Below are positions 41,632-49,391 of a DNA stretch of 64,000 nucleotides, one piece after another. Source of the stretch: Candidatus Pacearchaeota archaeon (GTDB lineage Archaea > Nanobdellota > Nanobdellia > Pacearchaeales > UBA284); contig JAPLYB010000041.1 of the NCBI GenBank assembly GCA_026395795.1, positions 113 through 64,112 on the forward strand, in the 5' to 3' direction. The notes under the pieces were generated by a model. The model did no database searches. It was not told the origin of the DNA and saw only the letters and a list, made by a program, of their open reading frames with translations. The stretch's first letter is position 1, and each line of letters begins with the position of its first letter. A program made the position numbers and the translations under genes.

Positions 41632-42160
41632 CTCCTTTAAGCATAATTATTTTTTTAGCAAAGATATCTTTTACAAATCCCGTATTCTTTTTTCCAATTA
41701 AATCTTTTAACTTCCAAGCAACAGGATTAATCTCCCTTTTTATTTTATCTTCAAGTGGTCTTAATAGTTTTGTTAAATCAAACAGGTCCATATTTCCAAC
41801 CATCATTAAATCGATATCACTTTCTTCTTTGTAATCTCCTGAAGCAAAACTGCCAAAAATAAAGGCGTATTCAATGTGTTTATTGACTAGTAATTTTGTT
41901 AGAGGATAAACAATAAAATCGGTTTTAACAAAAATATTTTTTAAGTCTTTTAAAAAGTTGCAATTTTTGTTTAAGATTATCCTGTTCTTTTTTATTTCAA
42001 TGATTCCTAATAAAGCAAGATTATCAATCTCTCTTTTAACTGCACCAGACGATAATTTTAAATCTCTCGAAATTTCTCTTATATGCGTTTCTTTATTTCT
42101 AAAGAACAAGTATTCTAAAACTTTTACTCTTATTTTGGATGTAAATAATTTTTCAATCAT
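41600..42160 (-). CDS. wHTH + minimal nucleotidyltransferase (MNT)
   Basis: N-terminal wHTH (KVLEYLFFRNKETHIREISRDL), then FIFGSFASGDYKEESDIDLMMVG. Confidence 0.7.
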   Translation of the reverse strand: MIEKLFTSKIRVKVLEYLFFRNKETHIREISRDLKLSSGAVKREIDNLALLGIIEIKKNRIILNKNCNFLKDLKNIFVKTDFIVYPLTKLLVNKHIEYAFIFGSFASGDYKEESDIDLMMVGNMDLFDLTKLLRPLEDKIKREINPVAWKLKDLIGKKNTGFVKDIFAKKIIMLKGDENELRKIVK

Positions 42161-42172
42161 TTTGTTTTGTTT

Positions 42173-43543
42173 TTAATTTTTAATAACGCAATTTTCATAA
42201 TAATCGCCCTCTAACCATGAGCTTGTGTTTATATAATCTATAAAACTCGAATCATTGGTGAATTGTTTAGTTAACTGCTGCATGATTTCTGAATTTGGAT
42301 TATAAATTTTGCATTCTAAAGTTAAAGGAACAGCTATTGAATTATTGCAGCTTACCTGCAATTCATGTTCAAATCCTTTATCAAAAATATCTTTATTTTT
42401 TGGGCTTTCCCATTTAATACTCATAAAAATACAAGCATTATTCACGCAAAAATCATTTGTACTTTCATTGTCATCATTGCAATCTTCATTTGTTAAACAA
42501 GTTGAATTTGTTTGATTTTCTTCTGAAATATTTTCTATTTCTTTTATCTCATAAGTTATAGAATCAATAAAGATAGTTGCATTATCCAGCTCAAACCTTA
42601 GCTCATAGCTTTCATTTGTTAAATTTAATTCTTCTAAATCGCAAGTATCAGTACAAATCTCTGAAAAGTCTATTTCATAAGTAGTTAGATTTTCTTGGCT
42701 CGCGTTTTCTTCACTAACATTCTCCTGGGTTGTGTTCTCCTGTGTTATATTCTCTTGAATTATATCCTCTTGAGTTATGTTTGTTGTATTTTCTCCTGAA
42801 GAAGATTCTGTTGTATTCTCTGAAGTTACATTTTCTTCTGGACTAGGCTCTTGAGTTGGCTCTGTAGTATTTTCTTCAGGAATTGGTTCTGGCAAAGGCT
42901 GTGTTGTGTCTTCTGAAGTTGAGATTTCTGGAGCAGAAGCATCTCCTTCACTTGTCTCTCCTTCAATATCTCCTTGTCCAGAATTTGCTTCATTTCCTGT
43001 GTTCTCAACTGAGCTTGTTGTTTCTGTGTTTTCATTGCCTGACTGTCCTCCCACAGCCAATCCAGTTATCAATGAGTTGCTTGATGAAGTTGATGAAGCC
43101 CCGCTTAATGAAATATTTTTTTCAAGTTTGGAGCTGTCTAAAAGAAGCTTATCTCCAAGATATACTTTTACAGAACCTTTTTCAGAGTCTTTTTTATTTA
43201 ATAGTAATTTTCCAGAAATCTTTGCATTGATCAACTGCCCATAATTTTCAGGCTTCCAAGTGTACAAATTAGAATTGTTTAGTTCTAGATTCACAATATC
43301 TTCATAAATCGGGTTCTGAGAAATGTTAAATTGATAATGACAAACTCCATCTGCACACAAATCAGTGGTTGTATCATTACTATCATCACAATCCCCATTT
43401 ATTAAACAGCTTTTTTCAAGAACACTGAACCCTGTTAACCCTAATCTGCTTGCGCTTACAAAAAGTAAAGTAAGCAAAACCACAAAAACAAGGATTATTA
43501 GTGCTCTTTTCAGTTCACCTTTTTTCTCTTTTTTGTAATTCAT
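42173..43543 (-). CDS. 456-aa secreted/anchored acidic protein with two 4-Cys modules
   Basis: The N-terminus MNYKKEKKGELKRALIILVFVVLL parallels the DGR target N-terminus. It has CLINGDCDDSNDTTTDLCADGVC and CLTNEDCNDDNESTNDFCVNNAC modules and a Glu/Thr/Asn-rich low-complexity centre. Confidence 0.6.
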   Translation of the reverse strand: MNYKKEKKGELKRALIILVFVVLLTLLFVSASRLGLTGFSVLEKSCLINGDCDDSNDTTTDLCADGVCHYQFNISQNPIYEDIVNLELNNSNLYTWKPENYGQLINAKISGKLLLNKKDSEKGSVKVYLGDKLLLDSSKLEKNISLSGASSTSSSNSLITGLAVGGQSGNENTETTSSVENTGNEANSGQGDIEGETSEGDASAPEISTSEDTTQPLPEPIPEENTTEPTQEPSPEENVTSENTTESSSGENTTNITQEDIIQENITQENTTQENVSEENASQENLTTYEIDFSEICTDTCDLEELNLTNESYELRFELDNATIFIDSITYEIKEIENISEENQTNSTCLTNEDCNDDNESTNDFCVNNACIFMSIKWESPKNKDIFDKGFEHELQVSCNNSIAVPLTLECKIYNPNSEIMQQLTKQFTNDSSFIDYINTSSWLEGDYYENCVIKN

Positions 43544-44918
43544 CTTCCCTCTTTTTTTCTGGTTTTTTTAGTTTTCTTTATATCCCCAAGCAAAATTTCC
43601 ACGCTGGAATAAATTTAATTGTGATTTTTCCTTCATTCTTTTTAAATTCTTTTTTCTCATCCTTGTTCTTAGTGATTATAACTGCTTCTTTAGCATTAAA
43701 TTTTTCACAAAATCTCAATAAATTTTTCAGGTCTTTGCCGGTTACATGCTCTTTGTATTTTGCTTCAATAGGCAAAATTTTATTATTTTTATCTAGGATA
43801 ATATCCACTTCATACTTTTGGGGTGTTCTCCAAAAAAATTTGGCTCCGCTCGTTATAACAATAAGATTTTCAATCAACTTTGCTTCGTCTATATTATCAT
43901 TTAAAAAAGGGAAAAAGGAGGTTGTGTTCAGATACAACTTTTTCATTTTCTTTTCTGAGGTTAATCTGTTTTTTGAAAAGTTATAGATTTTTTTGATTAA
44001 AAAAGATTCCTCTAGATAATAAAAATAGTTAGATAGTGTAACCCTGTTCGTGCCAAGTTCGTTAGAGAGGGAATCGTAATCAGATAACATCCCGGGATTT
44101 GATGCTATTACTTTTAATATTTTTAACAGCAGTTCTTGATTTTCTACAGGAAAGATCTTCGGAATATCTTGATAAACAATTTTTTCAATCATTGTTTTCA
44201 CATACTGCCCGGTTTTTTCTTCACTTTCATTTATTGTTTCGATGAACTGCCTCTTTTGATAGGCTAAGAATTCTTTCTTTATCGACTCTTGGAACAGTCC
44301 AGGTTTTTTTATCATCTCTTCTTTGTCTTTGAATATTAAAAACTCTCTAAAACTTAGTGGCTTTAAAGTAAATTCATAAATCCTCCCCGCTAATGATTCG
44401 AGAGTATGCTTTTTGATAAATAAAGACGCAGAACCAGAAATGAAAAATTTTATATTTGCATAGTTGTCATAATAATATTTAATTTGATTTTGCCAATTTT
44501 CCAGTTTTTGGATTTCATCCAAGAAGACGTATATCTTGTCTTTGATTTTTAAAACTTCTTTGCCAAGTTTTGTTTCATACTCATGTATTATCTCTTCTAT
44601 TTTTGGCTGTTCTTCATCAAAAGAATAAAAAAGGATATGCTCCCTTTTAATTTTCTCTGATTTTATCAAGTGGTCTATTAGCTGTTTCAGAATCGTGGTC
44701 TTTCCAGTTCTTCTTAATCCAATCAACGAAATAATTTGCTTGGTTTTTATTTCATTAATCAGATCATTCAAAAGATTTCTTTTCTTTGGAAAATCATAAA
44801 AAAAACCTTCTCGCCAATGGAAATTATGTTTTTCTATCATTTTTGTATACTGATAATACGCAAACTATGGTTTGCATGTTGTTTAATAATATGCAAAGTA
44901 TAATTTAAATACTTTTCT
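43541..44918. repeat. ~1.35-kb direct repeat copy 2
   Basis: See 34360-35737. Offset is about 9181 bp. Confidence 0.85.
43578..44840 (-). CDS. AAA+ ATPase, COG1373/DUF4143-type (paralog 3)
   Basis: Walker A GLRRTGKT. Near-identical to paralog 2. Confidence 0.8.
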   Translation of the reverse strand: MIEKHNFHWREGFFYDFPKKRNLLNDLINEIKTKQIISLIGLRRTGKTTILKQLIDHLIKSEKIKREHILFYSFDEEQPKIEEIIHEYETKLGKEVLKIKDKIYVFLDEIQKLENWQNQIKYYYDNYANIKFFISGSASLFIKKHTLESLAGRIYEFTLKPLSFREFLIFKDKEEMIKKPGLFQESIKKEFLAYQKRQFIETINESEEKTGQYVKTMIEKIVYQDIPKIFPVENQELLLKILKVIASNPGMLSDYDSLSNELGTNRVTLSNYFYYLEESFLIKKIYNFSKNRLTSEKKMKKLYLNTTSFFPFLNDNIDEAKLIENLIVITSGAKFFWRTPQKYEVDIILDKNNKILPIEAKYKEHVTGKDLKNLLRFCEKFNAKEAVIITKNKDEKKEFKKNEGKITIKFIPAWKFCLGI

Positions 44919-45003
44919 ATTTTTATCATTGCCTTCTTTTTTCTAGTTTATTCATCTTGCTTCTTTTGTTATCTTATCTTTTTATTGTTTTTTATTTTTT
45001 ATT

Positions 45004-46386
45004 TTATTTAATTATAATTTTCCAATAGCCACCTTTATCAGGACCGATTCTTTTTATCTTTTTATCTTCCTTAAGTTTATTGATATTCCACTCTATTCCT
45101 CTCCTAGTTAGTCCTGTTTTTTTAGCTAATTCTTCTTGAGTTATTTTTGGATTTTCTTCTATTAATTGCAAGATTTTCTCCACAGTTTTCTCCACAGTTT
45201 TCTCCACAGTTTTCTGGGTAGTTTCTATCATTCTTTTTTCAGGGACATTCTTTTCACCTTTGCCTTTAGTTTCATCAAATAAGGTAGTAGAAAAAGAGGA
45301 ATTATACTCAAACACGGGCGCTGGCAAATTTTCATCCTTCATGGAACTTCTAATTCTATTTATCCCAGAACCAACTTTTTCAACATATTCTGTTTTAGAT
45401 AAAAGTTCTGCAACCAACTGATTTCTGGCTCTACTATACTTTCCAAAATCTTCTGGTTTAAGCCACTTGACCAATCCCCCTGGATTTGAAGCAATAATTT
45501 TGTTCTTAAAAATTTCAACTAAAACATCTCCTGATTTATCAACATAATCTCTATGCATAACCGCATTGACAATTGATTCCCTATATGCTTCTTCTGGAAA
45601 TTGGGGAATCTCTTTTCTTTTAGCAGTCTTAATCACATACCTTACATCAATATGCTTTTTAATATAGGATATAATGTCTTGGATATTGTTAATTATTCCA
45701 TTATCAAAAATTTTCTTGTCTAAGATATCTACTTTTTCATTAGTTCTATAATTAACACAAACAACCTTGGAACTAATAAAAAATTTGCTGGGATTTTTTG
45801 AAAAAAATAAAACACCTGCATTATTAAATTTCAATTCATTTTTGATTAACTTAGCAACTTTTAGAGTCACTAAAATGTCTTCTGTAGGTATGTTTTTAGT
45901 TAAATCAGCAAGTTTAAGATATTGGTCTAACTTGCTTTCATCAAAATCTTTTTTGAAATCAAAATCATTATTTATCTGCTCATCAAATTTTATCTTCCCT
46001 TCTTGTATTGAAAAATCAAAAATTTCATCTCTAGATAGTTTTTGAGAACTTGAACCATTTCTCAAATAAAATCCCTGAGAACAAGAATAAGGCTTGTTAT
46101 CGCCTTCTTCAACATCAACAATTAGAAGATTATCAAATTGCTCAATTTTTATCTTTATAGTTGGGTCACAGTTTCTTGCAATATCCTGAATTTCAGATTT
46201 TATCTTGTTCGTTATTTCAATTCCTTTAATTTCTCTTTTATCTGTAATTCCAAAAAATATCCTTCCGCCCTCTGAATTTGCAAAAGCACAGATATCTCTT
46301 GAAATGTCAGATGAAAAAGATTCTTTAAACTCTGCAAATTGCCCTTCTCCTTGTTTCAATATAAAATTCAATTCTTTATCTTCCAT
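45004..46386 (-). CDS. AlbA_2 (Schlafen-like) domain + C-terminal wHTH putative regulator (paralog)
   Basis: GEGQFAEFKESFSSDISRDICAFANSEGGRIFFGI at the N-terminus. The C-terminal wHTH ends RIGPDKGGYW, as in 29850-31262. Confidence 0.7.
   Translation of the reverse strand: MEDKELNFILKQGEGQFAEFKESFSSDISRDICAFANSEGGRIFFGITDKREIKGIEITNKIKSEIQDIARNCDPTIKIKIEQFDNLLIVDVEEGDNKPYSCSQGFYLRNGSSSQKLSRDEIFDFSIQEGKIKFDEQINNDFDFKKDFDESKLDQYLKLADLTKNIPTEDILVTLKVAKLIKNELKFNNAGVLFFSKNPSKFFISSKVVCVNYRTNEKVDILDKKIFDNGIINNIQDIISYIKKHIDVRYVIKTAKRKEIPQFPEEAYRESIVNAVMHRDYVDKSGDVLVEIFKNKIIASNPGGLVKWLKPEDFGKYSRARNQLVAELLSKTEYVEKVGSGINRIRSSMKDENLPAPVFEYNSSFSTTLFDETKGKGEKNVPEKRMIETTQKTVEKTVEKTVEKILQLIEENPKITQEELAKKTGLTRRGIEWNINKLKEDKKIKRIGPDKGGYWKIIIK
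45174..45216. repeat. in-frame 12-bp tandem repeat x3.5 (TTTTCTCCACAG), encodes (VEKT)n
   Basis: Three perfect copies plus a partial fourth. Same position relative to the wHTH as the repeat at 30017. Confidence 0.85.
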
Positions 46387-46852
46387 TTTTCCTCTTTTTT
46401 TAGGATTTTTTCTATTTCAAATCAAGTAAAATTATTATAAATAAGACTAAGTAGATTGCTCCCTTTTTTTTCATGAAAAATAGAGGGAAAAAAGGTTTAA
46501 AAACATATTGTTAAAATCGTTTAAAACCTAAAGACAAAGAAAAGAAAAAAAGGGCATTATATGGACAAAATTGGGGAGATTTTTGGTGATTAAAAACACA
46601 TAATTGAGTGAAAAAAATGATATAAAGGGGCTCTCTAAATGATTTTTCAGATGAAAACCAAAGCGGTTATCCTGAAAAAATCGTTTATTATCAACCTCCT
46701 AACGTTTTTATTAAACAATTTACACACCAAGATCCATTCTTTTTAACAGTTTTTTGTAAATTTGGGAGTTTATCACACCAAAACGTATATAAACATCTAA
46801 CTTTTAGGTATATACTTATATCTAAATCGTACATCAGACAATTAGTGATAAA

Positions 46853-47131
46853 ATGCGAACATCAAAACACAAAGAGAACGTTGAACATTGGCCTACTCTG
46901 AACACTATTTTGATGGTAGAGAAGATTCTTGAGAAAAATAGAGACATTTCTATGAAAGTATCTGATTTAAAGAAAAAATTGCCAAAACAAATAATGCACT
47001 CTACACTAAAGATAATTCTTATGTATTTATTCCAATCTGGAAAGATAATTTATGGCCCAGGAGGAGTTCAATGGATTTACACTGAACAAGAACGTCTAAA
47101 AAAGATGATGCATAATGCTTTAGAGGTTTAA
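46853..47131 (+). CDS. hypothetical small protein
   Basis: 92-aa ORF upstream of aspS. No recognised motif. Confidence 0.35.
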   Translation: MRTSKHKENVEHWPTLNTILMVEKILEKNRDISMKVSDLKKKLPKQIMHSTLKIILMYLFQSGKIIYGPGGVQWIYTEQERLKKMMHNALEV

Positions 47132-47186
47132 ACTTAATTAAAATTAATAACAATTAAACTTAAAAATACCAGGATAATAGACAATT

Positions 47187-48470
47187 ATGACAAAAGAAAG
47201 TGAAAGAACCTATATCCAAGAGATAAAAAAGGGCCCTGTCTTCATTGAAGGCTGGATTCATGAAATTCGAGATCTCGCAAAGATAAAGTTTATTCTATTA
47301 AGAGATATGACTGGTGTTGTTCAATGCATCCTCAAAGATGAGAAACTGATGAAAAAGTTCTCTGATTTGAGTGTTGAGAGTGTCATATCAATAAAAGGAG
47401 AAGCAAAACCTGCCCAAGTCAAGAGCCCAGAAGTATCTCAGAAGGAAATCGAAGTTGAGATAAAAGACTTTGAAATAATCAGCAAAGCAGAAAAACTGCC
47501 TATAAACATTCATGATAAAGACATAGAGACAGGGTTTGCTAAAAGGCTAGATTATCGGTTTTTAGATTTTCATACAAAGAGAACACAGGCGATTTTTAGG
47601 ATACAAACAGAAATAGCTAATTCTTTTAGAGAATTCTTTTATAACAAAGGATATATGGAAATTCAGCCCCCTTGTATAATTTCAGCTGCAAGTGAGGGGG
47701 GAACAGAGCTTTTTCCAGTACAATACTTTGAAAAGAAAGCATACCTTGCTCAATCTCCCCAGTTATACAAACAGATGCTGGCTTGTTCAATAGAAAAAAC
47801 ATTTACAATAACGCCTATTTGGAGAGCTGAAAAACATAACACAACAAGACACATTAATGAAATCAGGCAGATGGATATCGAGGTTGCTTTTATGAATCAG
47901 GAACAAATTATGAAAGAACAAGAACTTGTTGTTCAGTATATAGTAAAAAAAGTTTTAGAAAAATGTTCAGAAGAATTAAAAATTCTTAATGTGAAACTGA
48001 AAGTTCCTAAAGCAGTTTATCTGCATTATGAAGATGCAATTAAAAAAGCAGGAGGGAAAGTAGGAGAGGATTTTACTCCAGAACAAGAAAAAGTCTTAGG
48101 TGATATGTACCCTGATTCAATTATTTTCACACACTCTTGGCCAACTTCAATCAAGCCATTTTATATAATGCCCAAAAATGAAAATCCAGATGAAAAAGAA
48201 AGTTGTGGTTTTGATTCATTATATGGTGGCATAGAAATCTCAAGTGGCGGACAAAGAATTCATCTTCCAGAATTATTGACAAAAAGGATAAAAGCTAAGA
48301 AACTTGACCCAAAGAACTTCAAAGGTTATATTGACAGCTTTCGATACGGGGCCCCGAATCATTCTGGCTGGTCCATTGGTTTAGAAAGATTAACTCAAGT
48401 TATCTGCGGTCTAAACAATGTCAAAGAAGCAACAATGTTTCCTCGCGATAGAGATAGATTGACTCCTTAA
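47187..48470 (+). CDS. aspS: aspartyl-tRNA synthetase, archaeal type
   Basis: N-terminal OB-fold region and class II motifs FRAEKHNTTRHINE, GGIEISSGGQRIH and GAPNHSGWSIGLERL. 427 aa is typical of archaeal AspRS. Confidence 0.9.
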   Translation: MTKESERTYIQEIKKGPVFIEGWIHEIRDLAKIKFILLRDMTGVVQCILKDEKLMKKFSDLSVESVISIKGEAKPAQVKSPEVSQKEIEVEIKDFEIISKAEKLPINIHDKDIETGFAKRLDYRFLDFHTKRTQAIFRIQTEIANSFREFFYNKGYMEIQPPCIISAASEGGTELFPVQYFEKKAYLAQSPQLYKQMLACSIEKTFTITPIWRAEKHNTTRHINEIRQMDIEVAFMNQEQIMKEQELVVQYIVKKVLEKCSEELKILNVKLKVPKAVYLHYEDAIKKAGGKVGEDFTPEQEKVLGDMYPDSIIFTHSWPTSIKPFYIMPKNENPDEKESCGFDSLYGGIEISSGGQRIHLPELLTKRIKAKKLDPKNFKGYIDSFRYGAPNHSGWSIGLERLTQVICGLNNVKEATMFPRDRDRLTP

Positions 48471-48564
48471 TCATCTCAAATTCTTACTCTAGACATTACT
48501 CTATTATAAAAATGATTTTTACAAATAAACTTTAAACCCTTCAATGCCCTAATCGCTACTATGT

Positions 48565-48627
48565 GGTTATATATAACCATATATTTTACAAAATAGAAAG
48601 GTTTAAATATATTGTCATATATAACAA
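48565..48627. promoter_or_regulatory. two AT-rich palindromes upstream of the Doc gene (candidate operators)
   Basis: GGTTATATATAACC (48565-48578, perfect) and TTGTCATATATAACAA (48612-48627, near-perfect). The latter shares the TGTCATATA half-site with 13631-13649. Confidence 0.45.
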
Positions 48628-48630
48628 TAT

Positions 48631-49230
48631 ATGCCTAATAATAACAATACACTGTTCTGTTTTAGGTGTTACCACACTTGGAAAAAAAGAAAATCGCCTA
48701 ATCCCAAATCTTGTCCAAGATGTAGAAGTCCTTACTGGAATAGACCTAGAAAGAGAGTATCAAAAGGGATTGTACTAAAAATGAAAGATATGATAGTTGG
48801 CATACATAACAAGATAATTGAATTAAGTGGAGGAGAAAGGGGAATTAGAGATGATGGGGGGATATATAATTCAACATATAAATTGTTAAATCACCAATAC
48901 AGAAATCAAAGAAGACCGACAAGTATCGGGGCTTTCGCACTTGATGAATTTGCAAAAAGGCACTATTTTATAGATGGTAACAAAAGAACAGCTTATGCTA
49001 TCGCTAAAATTTTTATGTTAATTAACAAATGTCATTTAAAAATTCAGTATAGAGAAGCAACAAATTTTATTTTAGAGGTTGCTAAGTTTGATACCAAAAT
49101 AAATTTTGAAGAAATTAAAAGATGGTTGGATAACCAGTGCGAAATTATTGAAGAAAAAGATGTAGAAAATTATTTAAATAAAACATTTGTAAATATCACG
49201 CTAGGAGATGAAGAAAATGGGAGACATTAA
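48631..49230 (+). CDS. Zn-ribbon + Doc (Fic/Doc family) toxin-like protein
   Basis: N-terminal CFRC...CPRC zinc ribbon. The Doc-type motif is HYFIDGNKRTAYAIA (HxFxDGNKR). Confidence 0.7.
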   Translation: MPNNNNTLFCFRCYHTWKKRKSPNPKSCPRCRSPYWNRPRKRVSKGIVLKMKDMIVGIHNKIIELSGGERGIRDDGGIYNSTYKLLNHQYRNQRRPTSIGAFALDEFAKRHYFIDGNKRTAYAIAKIFMLINKCHLKIQYREATNFILEVAKFDTKINFEEIKRWLDNQCEIIEEKDVENYLNKTFVNITLGDEENGRH

Positions 49231-49357
49231 AATAACTAAAAAAGTTGTCTATGAAATTTCTAAAGGTGACAAAAAGATTTTAGAACTTGTGAGAATTGCT
49301 AAAGAGATTGTTTTAAAAGAAGATGAAGTTTTGTTTAAAGAATTGGCAAAGCATTAG
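49217..49357 (+). CDS. possible 46-aa ORF overlapping the Doc 3' end
   Basis: ATG at 49217 inside the Doc stop region, in-frame to TAG at 49355-57 (MGDIKITKKVVYEISKGDKKILELVRIAKEIVLKEDEVLFKELAKH). Below the ORF-track cutoff, with no homology evidence. Confidence 0.25.
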   Translation: MGDIKITKKVVYEISKGDKKILELVRIAKEIVLKEDEVLFKELAKH

Positions 49358-49391
49358 AAACATTTATTGTTCAAAAAAAGCATATTTTTAA

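Noticed and set aside
42883-43244. Plus-strand ORFs antisense to the acidic region of the 456-aa protein
   Set aside because: They are artefacts of the low-complexity (GAA/ACA-rich) coding repeat. The minus-strand ORF has a signal anchor and Cys modules.
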